Source: an uncultured archaeon
GTDB taxonomy: Archaea > Asgardarchaeota > Thorarchaeia > Thorarchaeales > Thorarchaeaceae
Reading direction: 5' to 3'
NCBI GenBank assembly: GCA_964558645.1
Contig: CAZLEV010000001.1
Span: 349,568 to 413,567, forward strand
Length of the DNA stretch: 64,000 nucleotides
Shown here: one piece after another, positions 1-9,248 of the stretch
Numbering within the stretch: the first letter of the stretch is position 1
Layout: each line of letters opens with the position of its first letter
The notes under the pieces: generated by a model
Told to the model about the DNA's origin: nothing
What the model saw: the letters and a program-made list of their open reading frames with translations, nothing else
The model's database searches: none
Program-made: the position numbers and the translations under genes

Positions 1-930
1 CTCCTCTTCACGTGCACTACTTGCGGCAGTTGTGAGGAGCAATGTCAGGCACCGCAGGCGCAGAGCATTGTGAAGATAATTGAGGAACTCCGTGAGAGAT
101 ATGTGAGCGAGATCGGTCCGCTACCGAAGCACGAAGCATTTGCTGACAACGTGGCTGAACATCACAACCCCTATGGGAACAACCACCACGCTCGAACAAT
201 GGTGGCCATGCACGGTCTGCCAGATAAGGCTGACACTGTCTTCTTCATTGGCTGCACCTCTAACTATCGTGAGACCTCTATCCGTGATGCTGCTGTCTCC
301 GTTCTGAAGAAGGCTGATGTTGACTTTACGGTTGTTGACGAGTATTGTTGTGGCTCGCCGCTGGTGCGTACCGGTCAGACACAGTCTGTCTTAGAACTGG
401 CGAAACACAATGCTGCAGAGTTTGAAGCTTGTGGATGCACCAGAATCATCACCGCCTGTGCAGGATGCTATAGGACGCTCTCAACGGAGTATCCTGAGAT
501 CCTGGGTTCTTTTGACTTAGAAGTCGTGCATATCTCACAACTCATCAAGGATCTTATTGAAAGTGGTCGTCTCTCCATAGAGCGTGAATTGGGGGGTGTA
601 TTCACCTATCACGACCCATGCCATCTCGGTCGACACGGTGCAGTGTATGACGAACCTCGAGTTGTCATGGAGCTTCTCGGGCTTGAACTCTCTGAGATGG
701 ACCTGAACCGAGAGAATGCATGGTGTTGTGGAGCGGGTGGAGGAGTTAGAAGTGCTTTTCGCGACATGTCCACGGCGACCGCTGAGAAGCGGATACAACA
801 AGCTCAAGCTACAGGAGCCGACAATCTCGTCACTTGCTGCCCATTCTGCGTCAACAATCTGCAAAGGGTGGCAGGCGAGGATATGCAGGTAGACGATTTG
901 GTAGAACTCGTTGATCGGCTCAGTGACTGA
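1..930 (+). CDS. Fe-S oxidoreductase, HdrD/GlpC-like (CCG domains); 5'-truncated by the window edge
   Basis: Frame is open from base 1 and reads LLFTCTTCGSCEEQC (CxxCxxCxxxC). Two cysteine-rich CCG domains follow (YCCG...ACAGC; HDPCH...WCCG...CCPFC). Confidence 0.85.
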   Translation, partial: LLFTCTTCGSCEEQCQAPQAQSIVKIIEELRERYVSEIGPLPKHEAFADNVAEHHNPYGNNHHARTMVAMHGLPDKADTVFFIGCTSNYRETSIRDAAVSVLKKADVDFTVVDEYCCGSPLVRTGQTQSVLELAKHNAAEFEACGCTRIITACAGCYRTLSTEYPEILGSFDLEVVHISQLIKDLIESGRLSIERELGGVFTYHDPCHLGRHGAVYDEPRVVMELLGLELSEMDLNRENAWCCGAGGGVRSAFRDMSTATAEKRIQQAQATGADNLVTCCPFCVNNLQRVAGEDMQVDDLVELVDRLSD

Positions 931-1022
931 AGACGCTGAGATGGTATCACGCAATCACTGACGGTTCTGTGAATGGAGGGTTTCCTATGTTTTGTGTCTT
1001 GATCTTATCCGGATTGACAGCC

Positions 1023-2018
1023 CTATCTTGGCTTTACGAAGCCGCCCCATTCAACCATATCCTTCACAGTTGACATGACATCCCACTCGGGTTCGTAGTC
1101 GAGCTCTTTGCGGATCTTTGAGTCATCGATCACATATTCGGAGCCAAGCATCTTGACCCTGAACGCAGTGATGAGCGGGGCTTTTGAACGATTGAAGGTT
1201 CTTGCCAATGCTCCCGAAATCTTCCCAAGCCCAACTGCCAAGCTGTAAGGAATTGACTTGACGGCTTCTTCAGCATCGAGTTCTTCTCTCAGGCTCTCAA
1301 CTAGTTCTCGGAATTTGACGGTGAATGAAGTTACATTGTATGCCTTTCCATCTGCCTTGTCTATGTTCTCCGCGGCAAGTATCAACGCCCTTGCTACATC
1401 TTCTGCATGGACGAAGCTCTGAGTGTTCTTGCCTCCGCTGAACCAGTACATGTTGCCGTTTCGGATCTTCTCAATGAGTATTGGGCCTGTGAACATATCA
1501 CCGTGTCCGAGAACAAGTGGCGGTCTGACTGCCGCGGCCTTGATGTCATAGTCATCTCTATACTGCCAGACGAGTTTCTCTGATTCCAGCTTGGATCTCT
1601 GGTACCAGTTGTCCGGGTTATATTCCTGATTCTCAGTCATTGGGTCTTCAGTATTCGGGAAGCCGTAAACAGCGGTTGATGACGTGAAGAGGACGTTGGG
1701 GATTCCTTTCTCGAGGATGACATCTAAGACGTTTCTCGTTCCCTCGACATTCACCGGGAAGAAGTGGGACTTGCCTCCCCAATCAGCCATGACTGCGGCA
1801 TTGTGAAAGAACCATTTGATGTCCTCAGACATAGATCTCTTGAGGCTTTCAATGTCTGTCACATCCCCGACAGTTGTTTCGATGTGTAATCCTTCCAAGA
1901 GGTCTAGCGACGAGTCCTCTCGGATCAGTACCGTGACATCGTGCCCCTTTTGGACGAGCATGCGAACGATATGGCTCCCTATGAAGCCAGTTCCGCCCGT
2001 GACAAAGCATTTGACCAT
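1023..2018 (-). CDS. NAD-dependent epimerase/dehydratase (extended SDR, 3-beta-HSD-like)
   Basis: TGGTGFIG Rossmann motif, HNAA, TSSTAVYG, YQRSK (YxxxK). Start placed at ATG 2018. Confidence 0.85.
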   Translation of the reverse strand: MVKCFVTGGTGFIGSHIVRMLVQKGHDVTVLIREDSSLDLLEGLHIETTVGDVTDIESLKRSMSEDIKWFFHNAAVMADWGGKSHFFPVNVEGTRNVLDVILEKGIPNVLFTSSTAVYGFPNTEDPMTENQEYNPDNWYQRSKLESEKLVWQYRDDYDIKAAAVRPPLVLGHGDMFTGPILIEKIRNGNMYWFSGGKNTQSFVHAEDVARALILAAENIDKADGKAYNVTSFTVKFRELVESLREELDAEEAVKSIPYSLAVGLGKISGALARTFNRSKAPLITAFRVKMLGSEYVIDDSKIRKELDYEPEWDVMSTVKDMVEWGGFVKPR

Positions 2019-2149
2019 TGATTGACCCAGTGTCCACAATGTCCCACGGTACTTCAGTGTTGCGACTCGATTATACGCTTCTTTCGCGAAGATGATTTTG
2101 CGGGTCTTCCTCTGTTTTCTCTATCACGGTTGTTTTCCACAATGCAATG

Positions 2150-2166
2150 ACTTAACTAGTAATTAA
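2150..2166. promoter_or_regulatory. AT-rich imperfect palindrome or promoter in the divergent SDR/pirin gap
   Basis: ACTTAACTAGTAATTAA lies 15-30 nt upstream of the pirin ATG. Confidence 0.3.
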
Positions 2167-2180
2167 CAATAGTAAAAAGG

Positions 2181-3041
2181 ATGAAGAATATGACTCGTGT
2201 GCGGCAAGTTGACTGGAAGCGAGAGAGTCGTGCGATGCGGGAGGGCGCAGGCGTTCTTGTACGTAGAGCTTTTGGTCATCAAGATACAGAGCGACTCGAT
2301 CCATTCCTCATGCTCGATGACTTTGGGTCAGAGCGGAAGGAAGCCTATCAAGGAGGTTTTCCCTCACACCCGCATCGTGGCTTTGAAACCGTCACCTACA
2401 TGTTGAAGGGAGAGATGGAACATAGAGACAGTACTGGTCGAAGCGGTGTGATTGGACCTGGCGATGTTCAGTGGATGACAGCCGGGAGTGGCATCATCCA
2501 TGAAGAGATGCCGAAGACAGATGATGGTGAAATGAGGGGCCTCCAGCTCTGGGCCAACTTACCCTCCGATAAGAAGATGACGGCGCCTACCTATCGTGGT
2601 TATGAGAGAGAATCGATTCCCGTAGTCATCACACCCAGTGGTGCTGAAGTGAGGGTGATAGCAGGCAATGTGTCCGGGGAGCGTGGGCCGGTGAGAGACG
2701 TCGCTATCGATCCAGAGTATCTTGACATATCGCTGGAACCGCATGCCGAATTTATCCACAGTATCCCCGAAGACCATACCGTTTTCGCATATGTGTTGGA
2801 AGGTGAGGCACAATTCGATGAGAACGGAGAAACAGCCTCATCTCGAATGCTGGTGGTGTTTGGAGCTGGCGACGAAGTGGCAATCACGACTGAGGAGAAC
2901 TCTGTACGTTTCATTCTAGTGTCTGGTAAGCCATTGAACGAGCCTGTGGCTTGGCGAGGTTCAGTCGTGATGAATACTGAAGATGAGGTGCTCAGGGCGT
3001 TCCAAGAGTTTCGAAACGGGAACTTCGTGAAAGAACACTAA
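2181..3041 (+). CDS. Pirin family protein
   Basis: DPFLMLD, HPHRGFETVTY, QWMTAGSGIIHEE and LQLWANLP motifs. Confidence 0.95.
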   Translation: MKNMTRVRQVDWKRESRAMREGAGVLVRRAFGHQDTERLDPFLMLDDFGSERKEAYQGGFPSHPHRGFETVTYMLKGEMEHRDSTGRSGVIGPGDVQWMTAGSGIIHEEMPKTDDGEMRGLQLWANLPSDKKMTAPTYRGYERESIPVVITPSGAEVRVIAGNVSGERGPVRDVAIDPEYLDISLEPHAEFIHSIPEDHTVFAYVLEGEAQFDENGETASSRMLVVFGAGDEVAITTEENSVRFILVSGKPLNEPVAWRGSVVMNTEDEVLRAFQEFRNGNFVKEH

Positions 3042-3326
3042 CGCCCTCGATGAATATGTATTACCGAACTCAGGTAAGAGCAGTCAAGATATCCGAGATG
3101 CTCAGATTGGGGTTGTTAACAGTTGCATAGAAGTGGGACAAAGTTGGACACTTCATAGATGAGCATCTGAATAAATATGTAGGTCTTTATATACTCCCGG
3201 AGAGAGATGAGAGTATGAGGTTGACTGACACGCCCTATGGCCTCACAGAGTCTCCCCAGTGCCGTTCTTGGGAGTACATCACTCTGGCGTCCAAGATTGT
3301 ACAATCTACAATGAACGATTCAATCG

Positions 3327-3548
3327 TCAAATGATTGCGATTGCGCCTTTGGGACATGCTTCTACACAGTCCTCACACCTTGTACACAGATCCGTGAAGG
3401 CGACGTCAACTCTCCAGTCCTCAGGATCGTTGCTCTCCTTATCTGGTGAATACATCATGAACAGCGCACCAGGGCAGATCCGCAGACATTTCTTGCACTC
3501 CCTCGGGTCGCCGCAGGTTTCGTAATCCACCAGTATCTGCGTCTTCAT
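3327..3548 (-). CDS. Small ferredoxin (two 4Fe-4S type motifs)
   Basis: CGDPRECKKCLRICP and CTRCEDCVEACP. ATG 3548 sits 1 nt after the upstream gene's stop. Confidence 0.8.
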   Translation of the reverse strand: MKTQILVDYETCGDPRECKKCLRICPGALFMMYSPDKESNDPEDWRVDVAFTDLCTRCEDCVEACPKGAIAII

Positions 3549-3549
3549 A

Positions 3550-4431
3550 TCACCACACATCCTTGAGCGCTGGGAGTTCGTTCCTATCAATCATCTCGAT
3601 GGCACCTTCAGGACATGATGTCGCACATAGACCACACCCGAAACATTTCCACTGATCTACGAAGGGTCTGTTCATTGAGTCACTAAAAGTCAGTGCGCCG
3701 AACTGACATCTGGAGAGGCATTCTCTGCAGCCTGTACAATCTGCTAAGTTCACCTTTGCTACATATTCCCCTTTCCAGAGCGCCTGCAGGTCGTAGGCTG
3801 TTCGGATGCGGGTCGCTGCACACTCTGGAAGTTCGCATGAGCAGAGCGCCGCGATATATGGCGAGGGTCCCATCCAGACAGTGTGTATTCTCCCGCCCTC
3901 GTCCATCTCGGTGACGAAATCCTTTGCCTCGTCGATATACATAGGCTTTGCGCCACTATCCGGTATGTACCTTGGCAGCTTTGGAACCATCTCCGCCAAT
4001 GCTCCAAAAGCCAGACAACACGGATCTTCGATTCCTCGCGTCATGTGCCTGCAAGCGCAGTTAACTCTCAGTATTGGTTCTGCGAGTTCAAGTATCTTCA
4101 GGGAATCCTCCAGTGTCACCACTTGCCCAGGGTGCCCTTCTGCCCTCCTCGGGTTCCTGTCCTTCAGGGGTTTCTCTTTGCGGAACCAGCTGTTGATGTA
4201 CCAATGCATAGCTCGGCCAATGAGAGGGGTGTCGAACTTGTAACCGGGCCCCTTGGTTGAAATGCCGTAAATCTTCTGCAGGTAGACCTTCTCGAAGTGT
4301 TTCCAGAGTTCAAAGATGTATTCATGCGCCCCGACCGCTTCCGCGGTTTCTTCAAGGTAGTTCCTCGAATTCAGGTACCAACGTTTTCCTGCCCCGTGTT
4401 TATAGCACCACTCACACAACTGACTCAACAT
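3550..4431 (-). CDS. 4Fe-4S dicluster protein with additional Cys/His ligand motifs
   Basis: C-terminal CTGCRECLSRC and CFGCGLCATSCP; also CEWCYKHG, CACR..CC and CSC...C. Confidence 0.8.
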   Translation of the reverse strand: MLSQLCEWCYKHGAGKRWYLNSRNYLEETAEAVGAHEYIFELWKHFEKVYLQKIYGISTKGPGYKFDTPLIGRAMHWYINSWFRKEKPLKDRNPRRAEGHPGQVVTLEDSLKILELAEPILRVNCACRHMTRGIEDPCCLAFGALAEMVPKLPRYIPDSGAKPMYIDEAKDFVTEMDEGGRIHTVWMGPSPYIAALCSCELPECAATRIRTAYDLQALWKGEYVAKVNLADCTGCRECLSRCQFGALTFSDSMNRPFVDQWKCFGCGLCATSCPEGAIEMIDRNELPALKDVW

Positions 4432-4508
4432 CCAAGGATTGCGCTCTTCGTCCTAACTGAAACTCAATGGCAAACGCACTAAATTGGGTTTCGGACGGAG
4501 CGTAAGAA

Positions 4509-4910
4509 CTACGTGTGCTCTGTTAGATGGATTCCTTTTTCCACAATCTCACGCGCGACGAAACTACTGGAATCCTGGAGAAGGGATTCGAACTCGTCTT
4601 TTGTGTATATGTGGAATTCAAACATCATACCCGTTTTGAGTCGACTGACTTCCTTCATTAAGTCGACTCCTCTCGTTTTGGAATCATTACGGACCACAAT
4701 GCACAGATCTAGATCGCTCTTGTGCATGAACTCATCTGTGGCATATGATCCAAATAGCCAGACATCCACAACACATCCTAGACTGAGCAAGTGCTCAGCA
4801 ACACGTCTGGTCTTCTTTATGACTTCACTCTTGGCCTCGGGCCAAAACACTCTCACAGAATTTGATGACTTCTCCTGCAGCGGTAACTGCCTCCTTCGCT
4901 TCGTCTTCAT
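4509..4910 (-). CDS. Minimal nucleotidyltransferase (MNT), partner of the HEPN gene
   Basis: LFGSYA...SDLDL motif. True start is probably ATG 4910 or GTG 4856; the longer ORF runs through the HEPN gene. Confidence 0.8.
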   Translation of the reverse strand: MKTKRRRQLPLQEKSSNSVRVFWPEAKSEVIKKTRRVAEHLLSLGCVVDVWLFGSYATDEFMHKSDLDLCIVVRNDSKTRGVDLMKEVSRLKTGMMFEFHIYTKDEFESLLQDSSSFVAREIVEKGIHLTEHT

Positions 4911-5235
4911 CAAAGGCGTCTCTAGGTGTGCCTCCAGGTAGTCCGTTAGGGTACCTTGCTGGGATATAGTGCCTGTCGAGTTCTCGTGCATATGAGAGAA
5001 TCTTCTCGTTTGGTACATAGTCCTCCGGGAGCGCGTCCAGCAACTGAGCGACAGAATGGCCCCAGGCTTCTGCACCAAGTGATCTGAAGATAGCCTTGAC
5101 AGCCATCTCGGCGGCTTGTTGAGCCGCAAAGCAGGCCCAATCATAGTGCCTGAGGCCTATACTCCCCTTAGCGTGCTCAAGGTTGAACTTGGCTTGATGC
5201 ATCCAGTCTTCAGCTCTTCTCAAATCGGCACCCAC
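4825..5235 (-). CDS. HEPN domain protein (archaeal COG2250-like)
   Basis: W..QA..L..A, ACFAAQQAAEMAVKA, GHSV and LDRHYIPARYP motifs; overlaps the MNT gene. Confidence 0.9.
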   Translation of the reverse strand: MGADLRRAEDWMHQAKFNLEHAKGSIGLRHYDWACFAAQQAAEMAVKAIFRSLGAEAWGHSVAQLLDALPEDYVPNEKILSYARELDRHYIPARYPNGLPGGTPRDAFDEDEAKEAVTAAGEVIKFCESVLARGQE

Positions 5236-5283
5236 CTATGGCTTGCAATTGACGCTTATCAACTCTTACACACTACACCATCT

Positions 5284-6048
5284 CTATGCTGTCAGGCGCC
5301 TGATGAATTCTACTAACCTCTCTATGACCACATCAGCGATTGCCTGACCCTTCTCCTTCGTTGCTTGAGTGGAGTATCCGACGTTCCCGGTATCGGTGAG
5401 CTGTTTCATCATTGTTGCCATCTGAGCCTTGGGTGATGCAGCTAACATATCCGGTACAACATAATCTGGAACTGGTGATTTTCCCGGCTCATCCACTAGT
5501 TCTTCATCCAGCACTCTTTGGTCGAGATACCACGCAACAGAGCTCTCCATGTCGCATGCATGATATACGGGCGGTGTTGCGACTTCTTTGATCTTGTCCA
5601 TGGCCAGGTTCCACCAATCCACTGAATAGGCGATGATTCCGTAATCATCTCGAAGGATGCGGAGGGCATTAGTGATAGCGCAGGTATTGCCCCCATGGCC
5701 GTTCAGTAGAATGATGGGGTCGAATCCATGAGTGTGCAGAGACCTACAGATGTCTACAAGAAGCATCGAGAGGGTCTGTTCACGGATAGAGACCGTGCCC
5801 GGAAACTCCATGTGATGCTGCGAGAATCCATAGACAACTGTCGGCGCCACGGTCACCTTCATTTCGTCCCAGATACGTTCTGCTGTCCTTGTGGCAAACT
5901 CGGTGGCGATGTAATGGTCGTTGTCAACTGGCAGGGCGGGTCCGTGTTGTTCTGTCGAACCGACAGGGACGAGTACGACGCCAGACTCTTCTAATCGCTT
6001 TTCCACCTCTTCCCATGTCATCTTGGCAAGCGAGTATTCCTTGTTCAC
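5284..6048 (-). CDS. Creatininase family amidohydrolase
   Basis: PVGSTEQHGPALP..D, HHMEFPGT, NGHGGN and HAC..E motifs. Confidence 0.92.
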   Translation of the reverse strand: MNKEYSLAKMTWEEVEKRLEESGVVLVPVGSTEQHGPALPVDNDHYIATEFATRTAERIWDEMKVTVAPTVVYGFSQHHMEFPGTVSIREQTLSMLLVDICRSLHTHGFDPIILLNGHGGNTCAITNALRILRDDYGIIAYSVDWWNLAMDKIKEVATPPVYHACDMESSVAWYLDQRVLDEELVDEPGKSPVPDYVVPDMLAASPKAQMATMMKQLTDTGNVGYSTQATKEKGQAIADVVIERLVEFIRRLTA

Positions 6049-6122
6049 TCTGAGTTCCTCCTCTCTAGTCGAAGTCCTACATCACATAAGGACGTATCGA
6101 AATCATCTGTGCTCTAACATGC

Positions 6123-6473
6123 TCACAGCTCAGTGACAGGGATGTTGATTGTCAGAAGCATCATTGGTTCTGCGGAGTCATTCCGATAACCATGAAATGT
6201 CCCCGCGGAAATGTGTACCGCTCTCCTAGGTTTGATTTGATATTCCTCGTTCTCTAGCCAGCCAACCCCTCTTCCGCTGATGAAGTAGAGTACATGATGA
6301 TATTCGTCTTTGTGAAGAGGGAACTCACCTCCAGGTTTCACCCGCGTGAGTGTGACTTTGACACCAGAGTTGAGCATGGGGACAATCGGGAGCCCGTGCA
6401 CTCCACTCGTAATGTCTTCTCTCACGGTTTGGAGATCTTCATCGACTAAATCTTTGATTCGTATCTGAACCAT
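6123..6473 (-). CDS. Cupin domain protein
   Basis: PGG...HKD..HH.LYFISG.G and I.AG.FH..RN cupin motifs. Confidence 0.85.
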   Translation of the reverse strand: MVQIRIKDLVDEDLQTVREDITSGVHGLPIVPMLNSGVKVTLTRVKPGGEFPLHKDEYHHVLYFISGRGVGWLENEEYQIKPRRAVHISAGTFHGYRNDSAEPMMLLTINIPVTEL

Positions 6474-6584
6474 GGTTGTATGGCCTCTCGTTGATTAGAC
6501 TGAATCGTTCTGATCGACCTTTCAAAGCCTGTAAGACAGGTCTAAGAGTCCTCCGATTGTAGGCTAGAACTCCCTCGCGCTCCT

Positions 6585-7382
6585 TCACGAAGGAAGGTTC
6601 TGACTGGGAATATCCATGATGAGCGTTTGAGTTACCTGTACCAGAGTTCTATCTCTCTCAAATGAGTATCCCGTTATGCTCCACTCTGTTGTTGCACGGA
6701 GTGTGAAGTTCAGACTGGCACCGTGAGTGACAACGATCAAGCTTTGGAAAACGATGTCAAAGGCAAGTATCCCGTGAACGCTGGCGTCAGGGCTTGACAG
6801 ACCACGGTCCCTAAAGCCGATGTCAAATGACAATTCCGTGCCATAATATGAATCATACCACTCTCGAACGAAGAATAGCCATTCTACGCTTCCATTCCAG
6901 TCGTGACTTGATCGTACAGCTATCCGAAGAGGCCCCTCGTCATGGGTTCCAGTATGGTCCTTTATCCGATTGCTATCTGAATGGAGGTCGAGCAGAGTCT
7001 GTCCTTTTTCAATCCACCCTGCGGCACCAGTTTCCGCCACGGTTCCTTCGACGCGTTCTACGAGAGAGAAACTGTAGTAGTCGTACTCAGTGCCTCTGAT
7101 GGAGTTGTTGCCCAGATATGTGAGCTGCCAACGAAGATCGACTGTACCCACAGAGATGGTGTGCCCTTTGATCTCCACTTCGTAGTCATTGCGCTGCTCA
7201 CCGTGTGTCGCATTGGCCACAAATACCGGGTCATTTATGCTGACAGGTTCAGTTGTGACTACAATACGCTGTCTTAGTAGGTCGGCTGGCAGAGCAGCTA
7301 GCACAATCATCATGATACTGAAGACTACGAACACTCTGAGACAAGTCGATGTTCTATCTGAATCAGGACGAGGTTGCTCCAT
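6585..7382 (-). CDS. Hypothetical N-terminally anchored extracellular beta-rich protein
   Basis: Hydrophobic segment VFVVFSIMMIVLAAL follows the ATG at 7382, then a beta-strand-like region with NxT/S sequons. Confidence 0.55.
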   Translation of the reverse strand: MEQPRPDSDRTSTCLRVFVVFSIMMIVLAALPADLLRQRIVVTTEPVSINDPVFVANATHGEQRNDYEVEIKGHTISVGTVDLRWQLTYLGNNSIRGTEYDYYSFSLVERVEGTVAETGAAGWIEKGQTLLDLHSDSNRIKDHTGTHDEGPLRIAVRSSHDWNGSVEWLFFVREWYDSYYGTELSFDIGFRDRGLSSPDASVHGILAFDIVFQSLIVVTHGASLNFTLRATTEWSITGYSFERDRTLVQVTQTLIMDIPSQNLPS

Positions 7383-7738
7383 GGGATTCCCTCCTCGTAA
7401 TTGTATAGAAACTGGCGCATAAAAACGCTTGTCAATCCAAGGAACGAGATCGAATGCTAAGCGGGTTTGTGCCCTGACCTCTGGACGTTCCGACATGAGG
7501 TCTTTGTCCAGAAGTGAAGGGCAGGGTATGGCGCTTCTGGGGATAGGTATTGGAAGCTTCTTGGGAGGAGCCGCCTTTGATATCATTTTACTTGTCCTTC
7601 GGGACAAATTCGGAAGCCAACTCCGACTGCCATGGATGGGAACTGATTAGAGCCGGATTCTGCAAGCTTTCCTCATCACCTCCCAGATGTCAATGTTGAT
7701 AAAACATACCTGGGACGAGAGTCAGGGCGAAGGCGAAA

Positions 7739-8638
7739 GTGATACGAATCGGGTATGCATGCATGAATACCTCTATCGAGTGTACATCGGCAAGCACCTT
7801 CAGGCTCGCTTCGTGGTCGGAGACGCGCTTCAAAGAGACCGTCAAGCAGAATCTCGACTGCTTGGAGAAGATCCTTCAGTGGAACATCAAGCATAACATT
7901 TACTTCTTTCGAATCACTTCAGACCTGATTCCTTTCGCGAGCCATCCTATCTGCTCTGTGGACTGGCAATCGATCTTTTCTGAGGGGTTTGCTCGAATAG
8001 GCGACTTCGTACGGGCAAACGGCATGAGAGTATCTATGCATCCTGGTCAGTACACTGTTCTTAATTCGAACCGGCATGATGTTGTCGAGAGGAGTATTCT
8101 CGAACTCGAATACCATACCAATGTTCTGAATCTCATGAATCAAGGCCCTGATGCCAAAATCGTCCTACACGTTGGAGGTGTCTATGGCGACCGGGAGAAT
8201 GCCATGAGGAGGTTCGTTGAGACCTATCAAGGTCTGCCGGATTCAGTAAAGGATCGGTTGATTATTGAGAACGATGAGCGGAGTTACACCGTCGCAGACT
8301 GTATCTCTATCCATGAAGAAACAGGTGTTCCCGTTGTGCTCGACAATCTGCATCACGAGGCAAACAATCATGGTGAGAGCATAGTCACTGCCTTCGAAAC
8401 GGTAAGGCGTAGTTGGACCTCGTCAGATGACCCTCCAATTGTTCATTACAGCACTCAAGAACCGGGCGGGCGGCCTGGAAAGCATGCTCTATCCATCGAT
8501 TCTCAACATTTTCAGACATTTCTCGATTCGTTTCGTAGATATGACTTCGATGTGATGCTGGAGGTCAAGGACAAAGAACGCTCTGCCATCGAAGGCATCA
8601 GGGTGCGAGAGATGATTGAGTCCTATAATGAAGCCTGA
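7739..8638 (+). CDS. uvsE: UV DNA damage endonuclease
   Basis: RIGYAC, FFRITSDLIPFASHP, SMHPGQY, HVGG, ENDE, DNLHH and MLEVKDKE motifs. Confidence 0.93.
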   Translation: MIRIGYACMNTSIECTSASTFRLASWSETRFKETVKQNLDCLEKILQWNIKHNIYFFRITSDLIPFASHPICSVDWQSIFSEGFARIGDFVRANGMRVSMHPGQYTVLNSNRHDVVERSILELEYHTNVLNLMNQGPDAKIVLHVGGVYGDRENAMRRFVETYQGLPDSVKDRLIIENDERSYTVADCISIHEETGVPVVLDNLHHEANNHGESIVTAFETVRRSWTSSDDPPIVHYSTQEPGGRPGKHALSIDSQHFQTFLDSFRRYDFDVMLEVKDKERSAIEGIRVREMIESYNEA

Positions 8639-8724
8639 AAAGCGGTCCTTTCACACATTGGTCTACCAGCAACAGAACTATATCTCCTACATTCAGTTCT
8701 GTTGTATCATAGGTTGAGTTTCAG

Positions 8725-9240
8725 ATGCGGCCGAAAGTCTACAAGGTGATTCTCGTTGGTGAGGGTGGTGTCGGCAAGACGAGTCTGGCCTTGCGATACA
8801 CAGACGACAGGTTCGAGCAAGACATGCGTATGACAATTGGGGTGAACTTCGCATCTAAGAAGGTCTGCACTGACATGGGCGACATCACTCTGCTACTCTG
8901 GGATCTCGGCGGCCAACCACGGTTCCAAGAAGTAGTGTCTGATTATTTTCGGGGGGCAAGTATGGGTGTGGCCGTCTTCGATGTGACTCGGAAGTTCACT
9001 CTGTATAGGCTAGACGATTGGATTGATCGGCTCAGAAAGGCGGCTCCTCAATGCAGACTGGTTCTTGTTGGGAATAAAATCGACGAGCGAGATGAGGGGG
9101 AAGGTGTGTCACCTGAAATGGGCCGCAGCCGCGCACAGGAACTGTCTGCGCCGTACTTCGAGGTATCAGCAAAGACCGGCGAACATGTAGATGAGATGTT
9201 CAACTATGTTGCTCGACGGCTCTGCCAGACCCAGATGTGA
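8725..9240 (+). CDS. Rab-like small GTPase (Ras superfamily)
   Basis: G1 GEGGVGKT, G2 TIGVNF, G3 WDLGGQPRF, YFRGA, G4 NKID, G5 SAK. Confidence 0.93.
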   Translation: MRPKVYKVILVGEGGVGKTSLALRYTDDRFEQDMRMTIGVNFASKKVCTDMGDITLLLWDLGGQPRFQEVVSDYFRGASMGVAVFDVTRKFTLYRLDDWIDRLRKAAPQCRLVLVGNKIDERDEGEGVSPEMGRSRAQELSAPYFEVSAKTGEHVDEMFNYVARRLCQTQM

Positions 9241-9248
9241 TAGGCTTT

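Noticed and set aside
4911-5144. Long N-terminal extension of the MNT ORF
   Set aside because: It lies entirely within the HEPN gene in another frame and shows no domain features.
7383-7650. Extension of ORF 6585-7607 and the opposite-strand 73-aa ORF 7429-7650
   Set aside because: The extension precedes a better ATG and anchor. The plus-strand ORF has one weak hydrophobic stretch and no other support.
9217-9240. Prenylation (CaaX) signal on the Rab-like GTPase (…RLCQTQM)
   Set aside because: The Cys is fifth from the end, fits neither CaaX nor CC/CxC, and there is no hypervariable linker.
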